Shown here piece after piece: positions 7,149 to 13,658 of a stretch of 14,220 nt of DNA (positions within the stretch are counted from its first letter, which is position 1; every line of letters begins with the position of its first letter). The DNA lies in contig MCBE01000255.1 in assembly GCA_001723845.1 (NCBI GenBank), positions 1 through 14,220 of the forward strand, read 5' to 3'. The DNA is from Candidatus Altiarchaeales archaeon WOR_SM1_SCG. GTDB lineage: Archaea > Altiarchaeota > Altiarchaeia > IMC4 > WOR-SM1-SCG. A program made the position numbers and the translations under genes. The notes below the pieces were generated by a model that worked only from the letters and a program-made list of their open reading frames with translations, ran no database searches and was not told the origin of the DNA.

Positions 7149-8222
7149 ATGGATAAACCGAAATTATTTACCGTCGGACCGACTTATGTAAACGAAGATG
7201 TGAGAGAGGAAATGAAGCGTCAAATGTTTTCCCACAGGAGTTCTGATTATGTGAAACTTCACAGTGAATTAATTGAAAAATTAAGGGAATTTTTAAACAC
7301 TGAAAATGAAATTTTTATTTACACATCATCATCAACAGGATGTATGGAGTCCGGTGTAAGGAATATGATATCAGATAGCGGAACAGGGCTTAGTACAATC
7401 TGCGGTGCTTTTGGTAAAAGATTCGGTGAAATTATTGAGCAAAACGGGAGAAAACTCGTTGAAAGTGAAGTTGAATGGGGCGAGGCAAACAGGGGCGAGC
7501 AGCTTGATGAAGTGCTTTCTAAAAATCCGGGTGTTGAAGTTGTGACAATCACGCACTGCGAGACATCAACCGGTCTTTTAAATCCTCTTGATGAGTTATG
7601 CAAGGTTGCAAAAGAGCATGATGTTTTAACAATGGTTGATACGGTAAGTTCAATGTCCGGGACAAGGATTGAAATAGACAAGCTTGGTATTGACTTCTGT
7701 TTTTTCGGCGTCCAGAAATGCTTTTCGGTGCCGCCGGGACTTGCAATTGCAGTGGTAAGTAAAAAAGCAATGGAAAAGGCAGAAACCGTAAAGAACAGGG
7801 GGCATTATTTTGATTTTTTGAATTTGAAAAAATACAACGACAAAAACATGATTCCATACACGCCGCCGATTCCCCAGATGTTTGGTCTTTCAAAGCAGCT
7901 GGATATGATTATTGATGAAGGCGCAGGAAATAGATTTTACAGGCACAGCAAGATTTCCGCAAGAGTGAGAAACGGCTGCAAGGATTTAGGATTCGGCGTT
8001 TTTCCCGATGAGAAATACGCGGCTCCGACACTCAGCTGCATTTCAAACCCCCTGGAAGTTGACCTTGCCGAAATGAATTCTAAAATGAAAGAGCGAGGGT
8101 TTATTCTTGCTTCAGGTTACGGTAAAATCAAGGATACGACATTCCGTATCGGGAACATGGGTAATGTTACACTTGATGATGTTAACGAGATGCTTGAGAA
8201 TCTGGAAGAGGTTGTCGGGTAA
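7149..8222 (+). CDS. Class V pyridoxal-phosphate-dependent aminotransferase (AGXT/SgaA family; archaeal phosphoserine or serine-glyoxylate aminotransferase-like)
   Basis: The N-terminus LFTVGPTYVNEDVREEM and the PLP-lysine context FFGVQKCFSVPPG (the GSQK...PPG signature of class V aminotransferases) are present. The length is 357 aa. The closing motif is TFRIGNMGNV. Confidence 0.85.
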   Translation: MDKPKLFTVGPTYVNEDVREEMKRQMFSHRSSDYVKLHSELIEKLREFLNTENEIFIYTSSSTGCMESGVRNMISDSGTGLSTICGAFGKRFGEIIEQNGRKLVESEVEWGEANRGEQLDEVLSKNPGVEVVTITHCETSTGLLNPLDELCKVAKEHDVLTMVDTVSSMSGTRIEIDKLGIDFCFFGVQKCFSVPPGLAIAVVSKKAMEKAETVKNRGHYFDFLNLKKYNDKNMIPYTPPIPQMFGLSKQLDMIIDEGAGNRFYRHSKISARVRNGCKDLGFGVFPDEKYAAPTLSCISNPLEVDLAEMNSKMKERGFILASGYGKIKDTTFRIGNMGNVTLDDVNEMLENLEEVVG

Positions 8223-8229
8223 AAATTAA

Positions 8230-8400
8230 TGGGACCGCCGAGATTTGAACTCGGGTTACCAGCTTTTCGTTTCACAGTCAGGCAGTTTAAGCCATCTCAA
8301 CAAAATGGGCTACGCTTTGCTCCGCGACATTTCCGCGTATAACTTGGAAATGAGGAGAATCCCCGAGCTGGAAGGATGAACCAAGCTACCCTACGGTCCC
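8230..8400 (-). tRNA. tRNA gene interrupted by a roughly 97-nt intron. Isotype is unresolved; the weak best guess is anticodon CGG (Pro) if the loop is CUCGGG just before the intron
   Basis: On the minus strand the 5-prime acceptor GGGACCG at 8400-8394 pairs perfectly with the 3-prime CGGTCCC. The D arm is GGGT/AGCTTGGTTC/ATCC. The T arm is CCGAG-TTCAAAT-CTCGG, followed by discriminator A. The intervening roughly 100 nt separate CCAGCT from AGCTGG, which are exact reverse complements and form an anticodon-stem-like helix. CCA is not encoded. Confidence 0.75.
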
Positions 8401-8445
8401 GTAATTATTGATTAGAATTGAAGTTTAATATCAATTTTATTATTT

Positions 8446-11400
8446 TCATTTTATCGCTTCTTCAACACTTAAACTTTTAAAGCCCTTGCTGTTTGCTAAA
8501 TTTCTTTTATTTGAATCTTCTGCAAGAACCACCTTTGCACCCACCTGCATTGCCAGTGCAACAGTTTCATCGCCGACTTCTTCTAAATATTTCCGTCCTT
8601 TTGCATTTAACTCTACCTCCTTTATCCTGCCGTCTTTTTTTATCTCCCCCATAATCGCTTTATAGGTTGCAGGCGTCACATAAATTTTATTGAATTTACC
8701 AATTGCCCTGCCTAATTTACCTTCATTTTTTGCCTTTTCTAAAAATACCATATCTGCGACCGCCTTTTTCTTTCCAAGCAGCAATAATAATAAAATTAAA
8801 ATTATGATTAAAACCGGAACCCAGTACCACCAGGACATGCCCTTTACGGAAATTTCTGCCTTTTCACTTTCAATATAACCTTTTTTACTTGCCGAAGCGT
8901 CAATTTTCCCTGCTTGATTTTCAATAAATTGAATATTACCCTTATCATCTGTTGTAAATGTTCGCCCGTCAGAAGTGATAACCGATGCGCCTGAAACAGT
9001 ATTGCCTTTCTCGTCAGTAACATTGCAGGTTATTATTTCACCGGTTTCAACATTTTCAGGGCAATTAATTATTAATTTTTGTGCCGGGCAGGTACCGCAA
9101 TCTTCACTACAGGTCTCGCAGGTTTCATCGCCCTCGCATTTTCCGTCACCGCAGACAATTTTCGGTGGACATGTACCGCAATCAATTTCACAATTTCCAC
9201 AGGTATCATCACCTTCACACTTCCCGTCGCCGCAAACCGCAGGACATGCACCGCAATCAATTTCGCAATTTGAGCAGTTTTCATCACCCTCACATATTCC
9301 GTCACCGCATACTGCAGGACATGCACCGCAATCAATTTCGCAGTTTGAGCAGTTTTCATCACCTTCACATATTCCGTCACCGCAAACCGCAGGACATGCA
9401 CCGCAATCCGATTCGCAATTTTCGCAGATCTCGTTGCCTTCACATACGCCGTTGCCGCATACCTCGGTCGGGATTGATGGTTTTGGTTTACCATTGGATT
9501 TTCCTGGTTTTTTGCATGCTTTAATCTCTCCGTCACAATCTTCGTCTATATTATTTCCACAGATTTCAGTTGAATTTGGATTAACACCCGGGTTTGTGTC
9601 GTTGCAATCAACCGGGGTATCACAAAGTGTAAAGTTATCGGAATCGGAATCAATTGGTGCATTCACACACGCATCTGAATTTTCATCACATGAATCGTTT
9701 GTGCACGAAATATTATCATCACAGGTTGGCGGTGTTCCCGCCCGGCAGCCGGTAAGGTTGCATACTTCTGCGCCATTGCACCATAAACCGTCATCGCAGG
9801 CAGAATCATCCGGTGTGTAAACGCAGCTTCCGCCGCTGCAGGTATCACCGGTGCATGCCACCTCATCATCACAGGCATTACATCCGGATTTTACTGTCTG
9901 TGTACCTGTTACCGAATAAGTGCAGGAGGTTTCCGAGCAATAATAATTTCTGTACTCCTGCTCCTGGCAGGTGCATACCTGGTTTTCGTCACAGCAATCG
10001 TAGAGTGCGCTGACATTATACCAGCCGTCTTGACTATTGCAGTTTGTACAAGAAGTGCATCCGCAGTCGGTATCCGAACCCGAGCAATACGGAGTATAGA
10101 TGCAATTTCCGCCGCTGCAGGTATCGGATGTGCATGAATTTCCATCATCACACGCATTGCAGCCGGATTTTACTGTCTGTGTACCGGTCACCGAATAAGT
10201 GCAGGAGTTTCCGGAGCAATAATAATCCCTGTGCTCCTGCTCCTGGCAGGTGCATTTCTGGCTTCCGTTGCAACAATCGTAGGGCGCGCTGATATTATAC
10301 CAGCCGTCCTGGCTGTTGCAGTTTGTACAGGAAGTGCATCCGCAGTCGGTATCCGAACCCGAGCAATACGGAGTATAGATGCAATTTCCGCCGCTGCAGG
10401 TATCGGATGTGCATGAATTTCCATCATCACACGCATTGCAATTATATTTCATTACCCGTGTATCGTTTTCCGTATAATTACATGAAAATTCAGAGCATTG
10501 CGTTCCGGAGCAGTAATAATCCCTGTATGTTTGATTCCGGCATGTGCAGTTCTGGTTTGCGTCACAGCAAGCGTAAGGATCGCTGCTGTTATACCACCCG
10601 TCGGAATTGTTGCAGTCATCACAGTTTGTGCAAGGATGAGTACAGGGATTCCCGTCAGGCGTATCATTCCATACGGTTGCACTATTACATGTGTTGTTAT
10701 CCCCAAAACTTGAGCAGCCGCACTCACTATCATCACAATTTATATCGTCAACGGTATTTGAACAGAATATATTGTAATTTACCTGATTATTGCCTGAACA
10801 CATATCTATATTCAAGCCGTATTCGTTATATCTTGCGATATTATTGATTATGTTGTTGTTGTCCGAATTATATAAGTAAATTCCGGAATAATTATTTAAA
10901 TTTACACAATTATTTATGATGCCGTTATTCCATGAATAGTATAAACAAATTCCCTCGTAATTTTCATTGACCGTGTTGTTGATTATGTTTGAATTATCTT
11001 CATTATCAAATACAATTCCGCATCTATCGCACTCACCACCCACCAGGCCGTTATAAAACACCCTGTTGTTCGTGATATTGTTATAACTCTCATAAATCCC
11101 ATTATCATAAATCTCATTTCCACCATAGATTACTATCCCGCTGCAAAAATTAGAACTTACATTGTTATTATCAATCGTGTTGTAACTTGAACTATCTAAA
11201 TAAATTCCGGTACTAAAATTATAAATATTAAAATTATTTATGATAATATTATTTTTTCCATAAGCATATATCCCGTTTCCGGTGGTGTCTCCGGTTATAC
11301 TAAATCCATTGCCGTCAATTGTGATATTATCCGCTCCAACCGTAAAGCATGTGCCGTTTGAATTTAAATTACAATTCAGTGTGCAGGATTCCATTATTGT

Positions 11401-13308
11401 TTCCCCGCAGGTGTAATTATAGGTTCCGTTGTCGCAGCCGCAATGTGCTGGCGTGCAGGAATAACTGCATCCTGCTGTTCCGGCGTCATTCCAGCCATAA
11501 GTTGTGTCGCAGGTATTATCGTCACCGGCATTATTATTTCCTTCGTTGTGAATATCGGTATTTATGATACCGTTAAAGCAAGCAGTGTTTTCATTAAGCG
11601 TATTATCGTCGGATGAATACAAACCAATGCCTTGAAGGTGGTTATACATGGCAGTGTTATTGGTTATATTATTGCGGTGCGATTCGTGCAATCTGATACC
11701 GTGACAATCTCCGGCAACATCATTTAAATTTGCAGTGTTGCCATAAATCAAATTATCATCCGAGTAGAGAAGATCAATACCTACGCCTTCCGGTGCGGAT
11801 GGTCCGTGATTCTCATTCGCGATGTTTTTTACAATTGTATTATTATTTGCATAATATAAATAAATACCTTTCCTATCGTTTGAACTTGCATTATTTCCGG
11901 TAACATTGTTGTAATATGATTGATTTAGGCAGATGCCGTAATAATTGTACAATGCTGTGTTGTTGATTATATTGTTGTATTGTTCACCGAATTTCAGGTA
12001 GACCCCGTATAACTGATTTAAATTTACCGTGTTATTGATTATGTCATTGTAATTATTCCCTGTAACTGATCCCAGATGTATTCCTATGTTGTTTTCTAAA
12101 ACATCGTTGCCGATTATTCGGTTATACCCACTATACTGTGTCAGATAAATACCGTTATTGGTGTTATTATAGATTTTGTTATCAATTAGAGTGTTATTGT
12201 TTGAGCCAGATAATTCAATCCCATTATCTGAGTTGTTATTTACTGTGTTGTCATCTAATGTGTTGCTTAAGGAATAATATAAATAAATCCCATGATTAGT
12301 GTTGTTATTCGCTGTGTTGGATACCAGAGTGTTGTTGTTTGAGGATGACTCTACCCTAATTCCGTTAAAATTATTTGAGCTTGCAGTGTTGTTGATTACT
12401 TTATTGTTTGAGGAATCAAGTATGCGAATTCCGTCATAATTATTTGAATCCGCCGTGTTGTTTGAAACAGTGTTATTTAAGGAAGAATATAAATAAATAC
12501 CGTACCCGTTGGAACTTGCCGTGTTGTCTGTAACAGTGTTATTTTTTGAAATATACATATAAATTCCTGTCTGTTCACTGCCGTTTATTGTATTATTATT
12601 TATTTTACTATTATTCACCGCATTTAAAGAAATTCCATAAGAGAAATTATAAATATTAAAATTTTTTATTGTTACATTATTTCTTCCGTCTGCATAAATC
12701 CCGTCTCCGGTGGCATCCCCGGTTATATTGAATCCCGCACCATCAATTGTGATATCATCCGCTCCAAGGGTAAAGCAATCGCCGGTTGAATTTAAATTAC
12801 AATTCATTACGCAGGATTCCATCACCATTTCCCCGCAGGTGTAATTACGGGTTCCGGTGTCGCAGCCGCACAGTGCAGGTACACAGGAATAACTGCACCC
12901 TCTTGCTCCGGTATCGTTCCAGCCAAATACCGTGTCACAAGTATTATTGTCGCCGGCATTATCGTCAGAATCATTAATATCCCAACCATTACCGCAGATT
13001 AAATTTGAACTTAAATTATTATTATTTGAATTTGAAGCAAAGTAAACGCCGTAGTCAGTATTGTTTACCAGGGTATTATTTGTTAAATTATTAGATCCCG
13101 AATTATACAGGAAAATTCCATAAGCTGCACCATTGTCCCTGTCGCAGTAATTATCATTTGCCGTGTTATTAACCAGAGCATTGTTTGAGGAAGAATATAG
13201 GCGAATTCCATAAGAATTGCTGGATGTGCCGCAGTAATTATCATTTGCTGTGTTTCTGGTCAGGTCATTGTAGTGTGAATCATATAAATAAATCACGTAT
13301 CCTCTCAA
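8446..13308 (-). CDS. Giant (1620 aa) N- and C-rich cell-surface protein that appears 5-prime truncated. It contains parallel beta-helix (PbH1/NosD-like) repeats, Cys-rich tandem modules and an Ig-like domain, then a single C-terminal TM helix and a 109-aa cytoplasmic tail
   Basis: A continuous 4.86-kb ORF spans the locus. Dozens of roughly 22-aa NNTxxxNxxxGIxLyxSxNNxI repeats make up the beta-helix part. Two copies of a CSYSC..CGCD..TCGE...ITIDG.GF.ITGD module are present, then 3 x 93-aa CSGGNCIYTPYCSGSDTDCGCTSC... repeats and 5 x 25-aa CPAVCGDGICEGDENCSNCEIDCGA repeats. The TM helix is MSWWYWVPVLIIILILLLLLL, followed by GKKK. N-x-S/T sequons are very frequent, consistent with archaeal N-glycosylation. 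There is no signal peptide. The ORF begins on a TTG inside a repeat unit, with an in-frame stop 13 codons upstream and no ATG. Confidence 0.85.
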   Translation of the reverse strand: MRGYVIYLYDSHYNDLTRNTANDNYCGTSSNSYGIRLYSSSNNALVNNTANDNYCDRDNGAAYGIFLYNSGSNNLTNNTLVNNTDYGVYFASNSNNNNLSSNLICGNGWDINDSDDNAGDNNTCDTVFGWNDTGARGCSYSCVPALCGCDTGTRNYTCGEMVMESCVMNCNLNSTGDCFTLGADDITIDGAGFNITGDATGDGIYADGRNNVTIKNFNIYNFSYGISLNAVNNSKINNNTINGSEQTGIYMYISKNNTVTDNTASSNGYGIYLYSSLNNTVSNNTADSNNYDGIRILDSSNNKVINNTASSNNFNGIRVESSSNNNTLVSNTANNNTNHGIYLYYSLSNTLDDNTVNNNSDNGIELSGSNNNTLIDNKIYNNTNNGIYLTQYSGYNRIIGNDVLENNIGIHLGSVTGNNYNDIINNTVNLNQLYGVYLKFGEQYNNIINNTALYNYYGICLNQSYYNNVTGNNASSNDRKGIYLYYANNNTIVKNIANENHGPSAPEGVGIDLLYSDDNLIYGNTANLNDVAGDCHGIRLHESHRNNITNNTAMYNHLQGIGLYSSDDNTLNENTACFNGIINTDIHNEGNNNAGDDNTCDTTYGWNDAGTAGCSYSCTPAHCGCDNGTYNYTCGETIMESCTLNCNLNSNGTCFTVGADNITIDGNGFSITGDTTGNGIYAYGKNNIIINNFNIYNFSTGIYLDSSSYNTIDNNNVSSNFCSGIVIYGGNEIYDNGIYESYNNITNNRVFYNGLVGGECDRCGIVFDNEDNSNIINNTVNENYEGICLYYSWNNGIINNCVNLNNYSGIYLYNSDNNNIINNIARYNEYGLNIDMCSGNNQVNYNIFCSNTVDDINCDDSECGCSSFGDNNTCNSATVWNDTPDGNPCTHPCTNCDDCNNSDGWYNSSDPYACCDANQNCTCRNQTYRDYYCSGTQCSEFSCNYTENDTRVMKYNCNACDDGNSCTSDTCSGGNCIYTPYCSGSDTDCGCTSCTNCNSQDGWYNISAPYDCCNGSQKCTCQEQEHRDYYCSGNSCTYSVTGTQTVKSGCNACDDGNSCTSDTCSGGNCIYTPYCSGSDTDCGCTSCTNCNSQDGWYNVSALYDCCDENQVCTCQEQEYRNYYCSETSCTYSVTGTQTVKSGCNACDDEVACTGDTCSGGSCVYTPDDSACDDGLWCNGAEVCNLTGCRAGTPPTCDDNISCTNDSCDENSDACVNAPIDSDSDNFTLCDTPVDCNDTNPGVNPNSTEICGNNIDEDCDGEIKACKKPGKSNGKPKPSIPTEVCGNGVCEGNEICENCESDCGACPAVCGDGICEGDENCSNCEIDCGACPAVCGDGICEGDENCSNCEIDCGACPAVCGDGKCEGDDTCGNCEIDCGTCPPKIVCGDGKCEGDETCETCSEDCGTCPAQKLIINCPENVETGEIITCNVTDEKGNTVSGASVITSDGRTFTTDDKGNIQFIENQAGKIDASASKKGYIESEKAEISVKGMSWWYWVPVLIIILILLLLLLGKKKAVADMVFLEKAKNEGKLGRAIGKFNKIYVTPATYKAIMGEIKKDGRIKEVELNAKGRKYLEEVGDETVALAMQVGAKVVLAEDSNKRNLANSKGFKSLSVEEAIK
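9089..9463. repeat. Five tandem 75-bp repeats (coding 25-aa CxxCGDGxCEGDExCxNCExDCGxCP modules) inside the giant gene
   Basis: The units at 9164-9238, 9239-9313, 9314-9388 and 9389-9463 are near-identical and share the core GCAGGACATGCACCGCAATCAATTTCGCA...; an outer copy at about 9089-9163 is more diverged. Confidence 0.85.
9810..10690. repeat. Three tandem 279-bp repeats (93-aa Cys-rich modules) inside the giant gene
   Basis: CCGGATTTTACTGTCTGTGTACC recurs at 9884 and 10163. A 60-bp block is identical at 10101-10160 and 10380-10439. The third copy, from about 10440, is more diverged. Confidence 0.8.
11185..11529. repeat. Internal duplicated module, copy 2 (roughly 345 bp; the Cys-knot plus first beta-helix turns), homologous to 12613..12957
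   Basis: The protein segments NAGDDNTCDTTYGWNDAGTAGCSYSCTPAHCGCDNGTYNYTCGETIMESCTLNCNLNSNGTCFTVGADNITIDGNGFSITGD and NAGDNNTCDTVFGWNDTGARGCSYSCVPALCGCDTGTRNYTCGEMVMESCVMNCNLNSTGDCFTLGADDITIDGAGFNITGD match. The DNA offset is 1428 bp, with about 80 percent nucleotide identity by eye. Confidence 0.75.
12613..12957. repeat. Internal duplicated module, copy 1, homologous to 11185..11529
   Basis: The evidence is the same as for copy 2. The spurious plus-strand ORFs 12786..12977 and 11349..11567 in the six-frame track encode near-identical peptides, which confirms duplication at the DNA level. Confidence 0.75.
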
Positions 13309-13416
13309 AAAATAGAGTGTCTCTAATCTGCCACATATCTCTCCTCAATTAATTAAAAACACACCTAATTATCCACATTGCTAAAAATCTATTATATCCA
13401 ATGAGACACGAGATAC

Positions 13417-13560
13417 TCAATCCTTAAGTATAATAAGATAAACTCTCTTGCCCATATACTCTTTTGGACAAATCACTTTTGCTCCGCTTCCGAATGGGGT
13501 GACCTTTCTCTCGATAAAACCGAGAACCCCACTAACTTTTATTTCTGTTTGTTCTTTCAT
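13417..13560 (-). CDS. Small 47-aa protein with a swapped-hairpin (AbrB/SpoVT-like) signature that resembles the archaeal putative transposon-encoded protein family. It is absent from the ORF track because it is under 60 aa
   Basis: Translating the minus strand by hand from ATG (13560-13558) to TGA (13419-13417) gives MKEQTEIKVSGVLGFIERKVTPFGSGAKVICPKEYMGKRVYLIILKD. The pattern V-x-P-F-G-x-G-A-x-V-x-x-P-K-E-x-x-G-K-x-V, followed by a hydrophobic strand, is typical of small DNA-binding beta-barrel proteins found next to archaeal transposase genes. Confidence 0.5.
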   Translation of the reverse strand: MKEQTEIKVSGVLGFIERKVTPFGSGAKVICPKEYMGKRVYLIILKD

Positions 13561-13658
13561 AAGTATTTTTTTCATTGTATTTATTTGGGCCATATATTTT
13601 CAGTGGTTTATAGTATATATTAAATATATACTTAAATAAGTAATTCTAATATTATAAT

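Noticed and set aside
8230-8400. A box C/D sRNA inside the tRNA intron
   Set aside because: Only a degenerate UGAGAUG plus CUGA pair was seen. No canonical RUGAUGA C box or terminal kink-turn stem was found, so it is kept as a remark inside the tRNA finding rather than as a feature.
9089-9463. Whether the regular 75-bp repeats could be a CRISPR array
   Set aside because: The units are contiguous with no unique spacers. They lie in-frame inside a protein-coding ORF, they encode a Cys-module, and the period (75 bp, a multiple of 3) fits protein repeats.
8975-10847. Numerous 60-280-aa ORFs on both strands inside the giant gene (for example 8975..9820 +, 9072..9536 -, 9081..9524 +, 9909..10157 -, 10188..10436 -, 10323..10847 +)
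   Set aside because: They are artefacts of the tandem repeats and biased composition: the same repeat yields open frames in several phases. They are fully nested in a 4.86-kb ORF with coherent domain architecture. Their products are low-complexity (His/Arg/Pro-rich) with repeat periodicity.
13448-13639. Plus-strand 63-aa ORF 13448..13639
   Set aside because: It overlaps, in antisense, the better-supported 47-aa minus-strand ORF with a recognisable swapped-hairpin motif. Its product is low-complexity and hydrophobic, with no motif.
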